Shown here piece after piece: positions 1 to 8,403 of a stretch of 64,000 bases of DNA. The stretch comes from Candidatus Saccharimonadales bacterium (lineage in GTDB: Bacteria > Patescibacteriota > Saccharimonadia > Saccharimonadales > 2-12-FULL-41-12): the NCBI GenBank assembly GCA_025451045.1, contig JANWLD010000003.1, positions 133,690 to 197,689 of the forward strand, written 5' to 3'. A model generated the notes under the pieces. The model was not told the DNA's origin. It worked only from the letters and a program-made list of their open reading frames with translations, and did not search any database. The translations under genes were made by a program, and so were the position numbers. Each line of letters begins with the position of its first letter. Position 1 is the stretch's first letter.

Positions 1-37
1 TTTCTTTTGGAATAGCGACATTAGTGCAAGTATACCT

Positions 38-1357
38 TTATTTGCGGTCGAAGAACCAGAACTTAACAGGAGTTCCTTCAAAGCCGAACTGCACGCGAAG
101 TTCTTTTTCCATGAAGCGCTTATAGCTCCAGTGCAGGAATTTGGTATCGCTGCCGTAGATCTTGAAAGTTGGGTCCGGGTTGTCTTCTTCCTGGACCATG
201 TAGTGCAGTTTTGGCGTGCGGTTTTTTAATCCCGCTGGCGGATGCTTGGCTGATATGGCCTGAAGCCATCTGTTCAGCTCAGTAGTCCGGATTTTAGTTT
301 GCCGCTTTTGGTCAATGTCCAGCAAAAGTTCGAATATCTTGGTCACGTTATGGCCACTGATACTGCTGGTAAAAATCAGCGGCGCCCAAGGCACAAAGGC
401 AAAGTCATGGGCAATACGAGGTGCCAGCACATCGCGGGTGAAAGCGTCTTTGCCTTCAGCAATGTCCCATTTGGAAACGACTAATACCAATCCCCGGCCG
501 GCTTCTTTGACCATGCCAGCGATTTTCTGGTCTAGCTGTACATTGAGTTCATTGACATCCATTAAAAGCAGGCAAACATCAGCCTCTTCGATAGCGGACA
601 AGCTTCTAATGACGCTGAATTGTTCCACGCCTTGCTTTATCTTGCCGCTGCGGCGGATACCGGCGGTATCGAGCAATTCAATCTCTCTATTTTCGTATTT
701 GACGACCACTCGGTTAACATCGCGGGTAGTACCAGCCCTGTCAGCGACTATTGCCTGCTGTTTTTTGGCCATGGCGTTAAATAGCGCCGATTTGCCGGCG
801 TTGGGCCGTCCCAGTATTGCCAACCTCAAGCGGTCTTTTGACACCTTGATACTGGCTTTAGGGATGGACTTAGCAACGTGGTCTAGGACTTCGCTCAAGC
901 CCCTGGACTGCGAAACGCTGGTCAGGAACACTTCTTTGATACCCAGTTTTTTGTATTGTTCCGGCTCAATCTTTTTTACCCGGTCAATCTTGTTGGCTAT
1001 CAAAGCGACTGGCTTTTTAGTCCTGAGCATTTGCTTTGCCAATCTTCGGTCTTCATCGTTGATGGCGGCTCCGGCATCAATCATCATTAAAATTACATCG
1101 GCGCTGTCGGCAGCCTGAGCTATTTGTTCCTGGATGGTAAATTCAAATTCGTCTTCGGCTTCTTTGACACCTGCAGTGTCCACCAACCAAAAATCCTTGC
1201 CGCCATAGCTGGCCTTGGCCATGATGCTGTCGCGGGTGGTGCCCGGCTCATTGGCGGTTACCGCTTCGCGTTTTTTTATCGCGGCATTAAAAAAACTGGA
1301 CTTACCAACATTAGCACGCCCGACTATCGCTACTATCCCGACTTTTGTTTTACTCAC
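38..1357 (-). CDS. der: GTPase Der/EngA (two tandem GTP-binding domains)
   Basis: 439-aa ORF with two P-loops (GRANVGKSS, GRPNAGKSA), two DTAG motifs, and NKID and SKWD G4 motifs. Confidence 0.93.
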   Translation of the reverse strand: MSKTKVGIVAIVGRANVGKSSFFNAAIKKREAVTANEPGTTRDSIMAKASYGGKDFWLVDTAGVKEAEDEFEFTIQEQIAQAADSADVILMMIDAGAAINDEDRRLAKQMLRTKKPVALIANKIDRVKKIEPEQYKKLGIKEVFLTSVSQSRGLSEVLDHVAKSIPKASIKVSKDRLRLAILGRPNAGKSALFNAMAKKQQAIVADRAGTTRDVNRVVVKYENREIELLDTAGIRRSGKIKQGVEQFSVIRSLSAIEEADVCLLLMDVNELNVQLDQKIAGMVKEAGRGLVLVVSKWDIAEGKDAFTRDVLAPRIAHDFAFVPWAPLIFTSSISGHNVTKIFELLLDIDQKRQTKIRTTELNRWLQAISAKHPPAGLKNRTPKLHYMVQEEDNPDPTFKIYGSDTKFLHWSYKRFMEKELRVQFGFEGTPVKFWFFDRK

Positions 1358-1377
1358 GCGGCTTATTATACCTGTTA

Positions 1378-2031
1378 TCAGGTTATTTCTTTATATTGGC
1401 CTTTATCGACATTTAAAATGTATTTGCCGAATTGGGTTCTATGCAGGCTTTCAACTTTGTAGCCGAGGGCATTGAGAGTACGGCGGATTTGGCGGTTTTT
1501 GCCCTCACTCAGCGTTACTTCATAAATATTGTTTGAACAATCAGATAATCGAATAAATTTACTCAAGCCGTCGCTTAAGACTACTCCTGTTAAAAGCTTG
1601 TTTTTGTCGGTAGCGCTTATGTTTTTGTTCAATCGGGCGCGGTAGACCTTTTCTTTTTGGTATCTGGGGTGTGTCAGCTCGTTGGCCAGCTCGCCATCAT
1701 CGCTAAGTAGGAGTAAGCCGGATGAATCCTTATCTAGTCTACCGACTGGCTTTAATTTGTGGTACTTTTTTGGCAGCAAGTCATATATTGTTTTACTGCC
1801 TTGGCCGTCTCTACTGACAACATAGCCGGCGGGTTTGTTGAGCATGATTGTCAGGGTCTTGACAGAAGGTGTAATAGCACCGTTGTCAAGGGTCAGGGTG
1901 TCGTTTTCTTTGACTTCATCGCCCAAGACCGCTATTTGGCCGTTGAGGTTTACCCGACCGGCTTTAATAGCGGCGTCAACCGAGCGTCGCGACATACCCG
2001 TAGCTCGGGCTAAATATTTGTTAATTCTCAC
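1378..2031 (-). CDS. 16S/23S rRNA pseudouridine synthase, RsuA/RluB family
   Basis: S4-like N-terminus (MRINKYLARATGMSRRSVD) and catalytic GRLDKDSSGLLLLS motif. Confidence 0.85.
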   Translation of the reverse strand: MRINKYLARATGMSRRSVDAAIKAGRVNLNGQIAVLGDEVKENDTLTLDNGAITPSVKTLTIMLNKPAGYVVSRDGQGSKTIYDLLPKKYHKLKPVGRLDKDSSGLLLLSDDGELANELTHPRYQKEKVYRARLNKNISATDKNKLLTGVVLSDGLSKFIRLSDCSNNIYEVTLSEGKNRQIRRTLNALGYKVESLHRTQFGKYILNVDKGQYKEIT

Positions 2032-2054
2032 CTAGAAATTATAACAGTTAAATC

Positions 2055-2090
2055 CCGCCAATTTTACGACGGCCGTCGAGATTTTGGCGG
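2055..2090 (-). terminator. Nested hairpin after the response-regulator gene (weak U-run)
   Basis: CCGCCAA (2055-2061) pairs with TTGGCGG (2084-2090); these enclose the perfect palindrome CGACGGCCGTCG (2067-2078); lies just downstream of the stop at 2108. Confidence 0.4.
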
Positions 2091-2107
2091 AAGATTCAAC
2101 AAGTTAT

Positions 2108-3172
2108 TTAAAGCGAGATTTTGCTGAAATCGTCCGGATGTTCAGGTGTTTGGTTCGGCTTTTCAACCCCGCCGGGCGGCGGCGGATTACCGCCTGTTTC
2201 TTTTGCTTCTTCCTTGGCAAGGAGTGCCTGAAGATCCGGGTCTTTGGTTGGATCATGAAGCGGTTGGATAACCTTTGTATTAGGATTTTCAGAATTTGAA
2301 ACCGGGGCTGACGGGGCGGGTGTTGGTGGAGCTGGCGCCGGGGTTTCTGTAGCAGGCGCCTCTTGTGGTTTTATTACGGTCGAAGGAAGCGTGCCGCTAG
2401 GTTCGCTGGCGGGCGGATGCTTGGCATCACCGGTTTGCACCAGTGTTTTCTCTTCTTCGGCTAAGGCTTCAGCCAGATTCGGACCGATTGAAGGTTCATC
2501 GGATTTGTCATCGGCTTTATCATCAGCCTTCGGCTTTTCTTCGCCCGCACTGTCAGGCAGGGTAACTTCTATTTTTTTAGCCTCCGATTTAGGCGGTTCA
2601 GGAACGGGAGTGCTGGGCGCAGGTGCTGGTGGTGTTGGAGACGCTGCAGCTGCCGGCGCAGATGGAGCGACTGGTGGCGAGTCAGGCGGTTGGGCTTCTT
2701 TAGTACCCTCTTCCTGAGCAGGCGCTGGACTAGGCGGGGTCGGTTCGGCCGGAGCCGGTGTTTCAACCGGTTTAGCTTCCTCAGCCGCCGGCGCGGCAGT
2801 CGTTTCATTGCCCATAATCTTTTTAACTGAAGCGACAACATCCTCCAGCGTAACCTGGCTTTTTACCAGATAAAGGTCGGCCCCAAGCTTGTCGGCGCGC
2901 TCTTTGTCTTCAGCTTGCGAAAGAGCGGTCATCATAATGACTTTAGTATCTTTGGTCTCAGGGGCGTTGCGTAGGATGTCGAGCATGTCAAAGCCGCTGA
3001 TTTTCGGCATCATGACATCGGTAATAATTAAAGCCGGCTTTTCTTTGACGGCGATAGCCAGCGCTTCTTCTCCGTCCGGCGCGGAGACTATTTCGTAGCC
3101 CTCCGCAGTCAGGCGCGCTTCATAGATTTCCCTTAAATTATTGTCGTCTTCTACAAGTAGAATTTTGGCCAT
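2108..3172 (-). CDS. Response regulator, receiver domain only, with a ~230-aa Pro/Ala/Glu/Lys-rich low-complexity tail
   Basis: N-terminal CheY-like REC (LLVEDD...DVMMPKISGF...KS); the remainder is PAPA/PTPP-type low complexity with no recognisable output domain. Confidence 0.8.
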   Translation of the reverse strand: MAKILLVEDDNNLREIYEARLTAEGYEIVSAPDGEEALAIAVKEKPALIITDVMMPKISGFDMLDILRNAPETKDTKVIMMTALSQAEDKERADKLGADLYLVKSQVTLEDVVASVKKIMGNETTAAPAAEEAKPVETPAPAEPTPPSPAPAQEEGTKEAQPPDSPPVAPSAPAAAASPTPPAPAPSTPVPEPPKSEAKKIEVTLPDSAGEEKPKADDKADDKSDEPSIGPNLAEALAEEEKTLVQTGDAKHPPASEPSGTLPSTVIKPQEAPATETPAPAPPTPAPSAPVSNSENPNTKVIQPLHDPTKDPDLQALLAKEEAKETGGNPPPPGGVEKPNQTPEHPDDFSKISL

Positions 3173-3194
3173 CAGAAGCTCCCTCCGGTCGCTT

Positions 3195-3270
3195 TAGGGG
3201 TTAGGTTATAGGGGCTAGGGGTTAGAAAGTTTATCTTGGCTATAACCTGTAACCTATAACCTGTAACCTG
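3195..3270. repeat. Two opposed blocks of tandem 7-nt units
   Basis: Left block 3195-3225: TAGGGGT TAGGTTA TAGGGGC TAGGGGT TAG. Right block 3240-3270: CTATAAC CTGTAAC CTATAAC CTGTAAC CTG. AGGTTATAGG (3203-3212) is complementary to CCTATAACCT (3253-3262). Confidence 0.6.
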
Positions 3271-3304
3271 ATGTGAAATAGAATGGAACATCAAAATAAT
3301 TGTA

Positions 3305-5059
3305 TCATGTTTGTGCTTGTGCCGGTTTAATTTGGGCTTGGCTTTTGAGCTGTTGGGCTCTTTGGGCGCTCAAGCGTGGAAAGTTGATATAAAAGGTACT
3401 GCCTTCGCCCAGTTTACTTTCAGCCCAGATGTTACCGTTATAAAGCTCGACGATCTTCTTGCAGATGAACAGGCCGAGGCCGGTACCTCCGATGGCGCGG
3501 GTAGAAGAATTATCAACCCGGTAGAATTTTTGAAACAGATGCGGCACATCTTCTTCCGGTATGCCCGGGCCAGTGTCGGAAATCTTTATCTGCACTACCT
3601 GATCGTTGCCGGTAATCCCGATTATCACCTGCCCTTCAGTCGTATATTTGACGGCGTTGTCAAAAACATTAGTAATCACTTCGCGGACGCGGTCCGGATC
3701 GATATTGGTGTAGTAAAGCGGTTGTATGGTCTTCATGCCGCCGCTGGTATCGATGACGCCGGAAGAATTGGCGTTGGAGTTGATGACCAGCTCCATTTTC
3801 AGGCCTTTCTTCTCGGCGCTGAAACGCAGATCCTCAGCCAGCTGGGTGACGAAACCGCCCATCTCTATGATGTCCGGATGGCTGGTTAACCGGCCATCTT
3901 CGGCCTTGGCGCTGGTCAGTAAGTCCTGAAATAGTTTGCCCAAATGTTGAGTGCTCAGATGGGCTTTGGCCAGAAATTCCCGCGCGTTGTTGTCAATCTT
4001 GCTGACCTTGTCATTTAAGGCCAAGGCCAGGTAGCCCTCAATGGCGGCAACCGGCGTGCGCATCTCGTGGCTGGCGGTACTGATGAAGTCGGCTCGCTGT
4101 TGTTCCTCGGCTTTCTCTTTACTGACATCGCGGAAAACGGCTACAGCGCCAACCAGCTGGTTGTTCTTGGGTAAAATAACCGGCGAAATTGCCAATGAAA
4201 TGAATATATTTTTGTTCTGGCGGTTTATAAGCTGTAATGTTTCTTTAACCTGTTGCTGGCGGGTAATGACTGAATTAAACGGATGTTCACTTTCGGGGAT
4301 AACCGCACCGGATTTGGTGTCTTGTACCAGCTTCAAAACCGGCCGGACATCAAGGCCTAGCGCTTCGGCCACCGGCCAGCCAGTCAGCTGGGAGGCGGCG
4401 TTGTTTATCAGGGTTATTTTGCCTTGAGTGTCCACGGCTATTATTCCATCGGTAATTGATTGGACCAGTATTTCAGACTGCTGCTCATTGCTTTTAAGCA
4501 TTCCGGAAAGTTTGTTGACCTGCCTGGATGATTCGGTGATAAATTTATTCCGCCAGAAGAAATAAGCAATAATTAAAACGACCACTGCGCTAATTAGCAG
4601 GATGGTGTAGTGGGAGGTCAGGTTGGCGATGTCGAACTGTATCTCCATCAGCAGATAAATAAAAGTCACTAAAAGCGTACCGATAAGAATCGGTATACCG
4701 TACATCCCCTCCAAAAAGCCCACGCCAAGCCATGTAACCAAGTAGATAAGCAAGCCGCTGTTGGTCTGGTCCATTACATCAAGCAGCGGCAACACAATCA
4801 TGAACGAAGCGGCAAAGGTGGCCAAGGTCAGGCTAACGCGGGCAACGAACCAATAAACTATCAGCAGGTAAAGCAAGTTGATACCAGCCAAAACCAGCAA
4901 CGCGTCATTAAGGCCATATTTGTCTGCCAACTGGGTGTTATCAGTAAAACGGGTGAACAAATACCCGCCCAAAAGCAACGCGTTTACGGCGGTAAGGACT
5001 ATATAATGCAACCGGTACCAAAACTTCGGAACGTGCTCTAGCAACTCATCGAGAATCAT
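3305..5059 (-). CDS. Membrane sensor histidine kinase (multi-TM N-terminus, PAS-like, HisKA, HATPase_c)
   Basis: H-box SHEMRTP, N-box DNAVKYT, G-boxes DTGPGIP and GGTGLGL; hydrophobic N-terminal ~170 aa. Confidence 0.88.
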   Translation of the reverse strand: MILDELLEHVPKFWYRLHYIVLTAVNALLLGGYLFTRFTDNTQLADKYGLNDALLVLAGINLLYLLIVYWFVARVSLTLATFAASFMIVLPLLDVMDQTNSGLLIYLVTWLGVGFLEGMYGIPILIGTLLVTFIYLLMEIQFDIANLTSHYTILLISAVVVLIIAYFFWRNKFITESSRQVNKLSGMLKSNEQQSEILVQSITDGIIAVDTQGKITLINNAASQLTGWPVAEALGLDVRPVLKLVQDTKSGAVIPESEHPFNSVITRQQQVKETLQLINRQNKNIFISLAISPVILPKNNQLVGAVAVFRDVSKEKAEEQQRADFISTASHEMRTPVAAIEGYLALALNDKVSKIDNNAREFLAKAHLSTQHLGKLFQDLLTSAKAEDGRLTSHPDIIEMGGFVTQLAEDLRFSAEKKGLKMELVINSNANSSGVIDTSGGMKTIQPLYYTNIDPDRVREVITNVFDNAVKYTTEGQVIIGITGNDQVVQIKISDTGPGIPEEDVPHLFQKFYRVDNSSTRAIGGTGLGLFICKKIVELYNGNIWAESKLGEGSTFYINFPRLSAQRAQQLKSQAQIKPAQAQT

Positions 5060-5132
5060 TAAGACAAATTATACTCCAAATGCTTATGCTTGAGCCAATC
5101 TGTTATACTAAAGTCCTAAAAATAGTAGTTGT

Positions 5133-5207
5133 GGTCGCATCGTCTAACGGCTAGGACACCAGGTTCTCATCCTGGCAATCGGGGTTCGATTCCCCGTGCG
5201 ATCACCA
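5133..5207 (+). tRNA. tRNA-Glu (anticodon CUC), CCA encoded
   Basis: Manual cloverleaf: acceptor GGTCGCA/TGCGATC, D-stem GTCT/GGAC, anticodon stem CCAGG/CCTGG with loop TTCTCAT, T-arm CGGGG-TTCGATT-CCCCG, discriminator A plus CCA. Confidence 0.9.
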
Positions 5208-5260
5208 CAAATCCAACGACGCTTCGCTCGTGACTACATAAATGTCCCCCGGACATTTAT

Positions 5261-5286
5261 GGGTTCGATTCCCCGTGCGATCACCA
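5261..5286 (+). repeat. 26-nt exact duplicate of the tRNA-Glu 3' end (T-arm half, acceptor, CCA)
   Basis: GGGTTCGATTCCCCGTGCGATCACCA occurs at 5182-5207 and again at 5261-5286; no matching 5' acceptor strand upstream of the second copy. Confidence 0.85.
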
Positions 5287-5294
5287 AGCTTGAC

Positions 5295-5828
5295 CTATAT
5301 TGGGTCTTTTTTGAGTTTGAGCCTGTAGCCTATGTAGCTTGATATTAAATGCATTAAGAACCAAACAATTATAATTAAAATGTATTGCTCAAGGCTTAAA
5401 ATTATAACGATAGAACTAAAAAGTAATCCGCCAACAATATAATCCAGCTGGTCAAACGGAAACCAGCTTTTACCCGAGTCCACATTAAGTTGCCTTTTGA
5501 CAAAGCTTTTGACCAAATCGCCGAATAACGCGCCAAAGCTTAGCAATACACCAAGCCAGATTGTCAGCTCGCTATAATCTAAGCCCCCTGCCGTTCCGCC
5601 GATTTGAGTCTGAAGATAAAATACCCAACTGCCCATCAATGTTCCTGCAACGATGCCGCGGATAGTTTTGTGCGGTCCGAGCAACGGCTTGCCCCGAAAT
5701 TTGCGGCCAAAGTCCAGCGGAGCGTTTAGCTCGCGTAAAACCGGTAGCTTAGCCGTGAAAATGGGCGTCATATTGGCGATACCGGCCGGTAAGAAAAACC
5801 ACAGACTGAACAAAAGGTCAGACATCAT
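5295..5828 (-). CDS. CarS-like (DUF46) CDP-archaeol synthase family membrane cytidylyltransferase
   Basis: 177-aa multi-TM protein; LPAGIANMTP...PLDFGRKF.GKPLLGPHKTIRG matches the family signature as I recall it; size fits; ATGA overlap with the upstream gene. Confidence 0.65.
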   Translation of the reverse strand: MMSDLLFSLWFFLPAGIANMTPIFTAKLPVLRELNAPLDFGRKFRGKPLLGPHKTIRGIVAGTLMGSWVFYLQTQIGGTAGGLDYSELTIWLGVLLSFGALFGDLVKSFVKRQLNVDSGKSWFPFDQLDYIVGGLLFSSIVIILSLEQYILIIIVWFLMHLISSYIGYRLKLKKDPI

Positions 5829-6448
5829 ACCCTATCCCCGATAAAACGGATGCGCTCGAAGATGGAAATGGTCCCAAGTATCGCTACTATGGCGGAGGCG
5901 AACAAGACTTGGCCTGCGAACATGCCGACGATGATTATTAGGATGCGGATTTCAAACGGCACCAGGCCCTCGTTGTACAAGCGGTTCACTTTATGGTGGT
6001 CGTCCGGCTTGTGGTTTATGGCGTAAGCTACCTCGCCCTTAGCTTTTATATAAGTGACGGTCAGGGTGCTGCCCAGTGCGAGCATCGGCACCCAGGCCCA
6101 GGAGTAATATGCGCCTTGGGATAGATAATACGCAACACCGCTGTAAATCAGAGTTTCCTTTACTCTGTCGGTCGAAGCGTCCAGCATCATGCCGCGCGGG
6201 CTGGCAATTTTTTTATACCGGGCCAGTTCCCCATCCAAGACGTCAAACAGTCCGAAAATTATCATAAGTATGCCAGCCAGCTCCAGTTTGCCATATGCTA
6301 TCAAAAGCGCTATCGGCAAATGAGCGGCTACGCTGACCCACGTCACCATATCCGGGGTAATGCGTCCACCGCTCGCTTTGTCCAGACTTTTGGCTAATTT
6401 CGCCATGTTACGCCGGATAATCCCCCGCAAGGCATCAAGCACTTTCAT
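5825..6448 (-). CDS. CDP-alcohol phosphatidyltransferase
   Basis: DVLDGELAR-x8-G-x3-D-x3-D motif (FDVLDGELARYKKIASPRGMMLDASTDRV); start moved to the internal Met (MKVLDAL); the track ORF extends to 6523. Confidence 0.85.
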   Translation of the reverse strand: MKVLDALRGIIRRNMAKLAKSLDKASGGRITPDMVTWVSVAAHLPIALLIAYGKLELAGILMIIFGLFDVLDGELARYKKIASPRGMMLDASTDRVKETLIYSGVAYYLSQGAYYSWAWVPMLALGSTLTVTYIKAKGEVAYAINHKPDDHHKVNRLYNEGLVPFEIRILIIIVGMFAGQVLFASAIVAILGTISIFERIRFIGDRV

Positions 6449-6656
6449 CTGACAATTGTAACACTGGCTTTTTAAAAGATGATACCCTTTGAGGCCTCTT
6501 TCAAAACATCCTCTACGCCCCAAAGCTGCCCTTCCTTGCTATAACTATCCAAAATTTTCTAACCATATCTAGAGATATGCTGATAAAATTGTTAAATGGT
6601 TACATCAAGAAATCATCAGCTTTGGAATCGAAGCAGAGTCTTGAAAGAGGCCTAGC

Positions 6657-7328
6657 ATGAAATATACCCTTCATACGGCCAAGATTGCCGATTGGGAGAA
6701 GTCCACGAAAGACCCGCATAATTTCTGGCAGAAAGTTGCCATCCGGTCGCATGGCGTTCTAACGCCCGCCAACATTGCCAGTGTAATAGGCGGCCTGCTG
6801 GCGCTTTACGGGCTTTGGATAATTTTAGACGGTGAAACAGTAAAAGGACTTGGTTTTATTGCTGCTGGCCGGATAGCTGATGTCGCCGACGGGATAATCG
6901 CCGAACGGACTAAGACCAAAAGTCCGCTTGGCGAAACAATTGATGCTACGGTGGATAAAATAGTCATAGGCGCAACGCTTTTGGTGCTGGGGGCGATGGA
7001 ATTGGTACCTTGGTTAATCATCGGTATAGTAGCGCTGCAAAACATTGCTAATGTGATTATCAGCGTTGTCGCTAAGCTCAGGGATAAGACCATTCATCCC
7101 TCGCGGCTCGGTAAAGTTTCGGCGGCTTTCAGCTGGGTGACGATTATCCTCTATCCGCTCGGCCAACATTTGCAGGAACAAGCCTATTACGGCATAGGTA
7201 GATTTCTGGTTGTGTTATCGCTGGCCAGCTTTGTCATTTATGTGGTTATGGGGCTTCAGGCCAGCTTGAGTTACGGATTGGTCATATACAAAGAGCCCGC
7301 CCGCCGGCTGTATAGATTATTTAGATAA
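6657..7328 (+). CDS. CDP-alcohol phosphatidyltransferase (second, divergent paralog)
   Basis: ADVADGIIAERTKTKSPLGETIDATVDK fits DxxDGxxAR...G...D...D; multi-TM. Confidence 0.8.
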   Translation: MKYTLHTAKIADWEKSTKDPHNFWQKVAIRSHGVLTPANIASVIGGLLALYGLWIILDGETVKGLGFIAAGRIADVADGIIAERTKTKSPLGETIDATVDKIVIGATLLVLGAMELVPWLIIGIVALQNIANVIISVVAKLRDKTIHPSRLGKVSAAFSWVTIILYPLGQHLQEQAYYGIGRFLVVLSLASFVIYVVMGLQASLSYGLVIYKEPARRLYRLFR

Positions 7329-7350
7329 AAACTCCTAGAATATAAGAATT

Positions 7351-8343
7351 ATGGCAGAGAGTTTGATTGCCGGGGATAACCTATTACTTAAGTTTGATAA
7401 ATTTGTCATTTTTTATAATCCGCTCAGTACTAATTCGCGCCGTTCACGCAAGCGGATTACCGAATTAAAAGAATTGTTCCCTTCCAAAGACGTCCAGATA
7501 ATTGAGACTTCGCCGGACGGATTGGCGGCCAACAAAAAATTAGTCGCCCGCGCAGCAAAAAAGTTTGATCAGCAAACGCTTGTCTGCATTGCCGCCGGCG
7601 ACGGGACGGTCAGCGCGGTACTGGACGCTCTTTTTGCGAATGATTCCACCGTATCAGACCAAGCCAAGAAGGTTCCTATCCTGCCGCTCTGGGGCGGTAA
7701 TGCCAATGACTTGGCCTATATGATAAACGGCCGGCCAAAAGGCCTTAGCCTGAAAAATATATTCGAAAAAGGCCAAATTGTGCCTATATATCCACTAACT
7801 ATAAAATTAAGCTCAAACGAAGGCACGGACAAAAGAATCGCCGCCTGTTATGTCAGCTTCGGCGCTTCGGCTTATGTCGCCAGCCAGCTGGACCTGCCTA
7901 GGCATCGGAGGATGACAACCCGTTTATTGCCCGGCGCCCGTTTAGTTGCCGAGTTTTTAATAACTACCCGCTCACTTATAAAAGCCCCGGCGTTTACTAT
8001 AAGCACCGGACATAGTCAGGAGCCGGTTTATGAGCGGATATTCATCAATGGGTCGCGTATTGCCAAGATTGACCGCTTGCCTTCGCGCCTTAACGAAAAA
8101 GCGTTTTATGAAGCTACGCTGGAACGCAAGCATCCGAAAAGCCTGATTTCCCTGCTTTCGGCGCTGAAAATATTGCGCAACCGGACTTACGGCGAAATTA
8201 CTGAAAAGGATCGTTCTTTCAGCCTGAACGATGACACTTGGGCCCAAGTAGACGGCGAAGTAATGAAACTGCCAAAAAATATGAAGGTAGAAATAAGCCT
8301 TAGCGAGACGCCTTTTTACGTTGTCAGCACAAAATTAGGATAA
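7351..8343 (+). CDS. Diacylglycerol kinase catalytic-domain lipid kinase (YegS/BmrU-like)
   Basis: AAGDGTVSAV nucleotide-binding motif and GGNANDLA motif. Confidence 0.75.
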   Translation: MAESLIAGDNLLLKFDKFVIFYNPLSTNSRRSRKRITELKELFPSKDVQIIETSPDGLAANKKLVARAAKKFDQQTLVCIAAGDGTVSAVLDALFANDSTVSDQAKKVPILPLWGGNANDLAYMINGRPKGLSLKNIFEKGQIVPIYPLTIKLSSNEGTDKRIAACYVSFGASAYVASQLDLPRHRRMTTRLLPGARLVAEFLITTRSLIKAPAFTISTGHSQEPVYERIFINGSRIAKIDRLPSRLNEKAFYEATLERKHPKSLISLLSALKILRNRTYGEITEKDRSFSLNDDTWAQVDGEVMKLPKNMKVEISLSETPFYVVSTKLG

Positions 8344-8403
8344 ATAGTTAGCGCCTTAAATATTTTGCTATACTGTTGCTATATGAAGGAGTTAAGAGGT
8401 GGT

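Noticed and set aside
315-1118. Long antisense ORFs from the track (315-1118+, 29208-29984+, 31227-31862+, 32310-33092+, 42680-43327+, 34093-34566-)
   Set aside because: Each lies entirely opposite a gene with strong family motifs (der, the LeuA-family genes, HAD/xth, RND, pyrH). They have low-complexity Ser/Ala/Leu-rich translations typical of shadow ORFs.
2391-2841. Alternative-frame ORFs inside the Pro/Ala-rich tail of the response regulator
   Set aside because: They are artefacts of the repetitive GC-rich low-complexity coding sequence. The REC-containing frame is continuous through the region.
3195-3270. CRISPR array or other spaced-repeat locus
   Set aside because: The units are 7 nt, tandem and without spacers. 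No CRISPR-like repeat-spacer structure and no cas genes occur anywhere in the window.
5208-5287. Second tRNA gene downstream of tRNA-Glu
   Set aside because: Only the T-arm half, acceptor 3' strand and CCA are present. No complementary 5' acceptor strand, D-arm or anticodon arm can be drawn, so this is a partial duplicate and not a gene.
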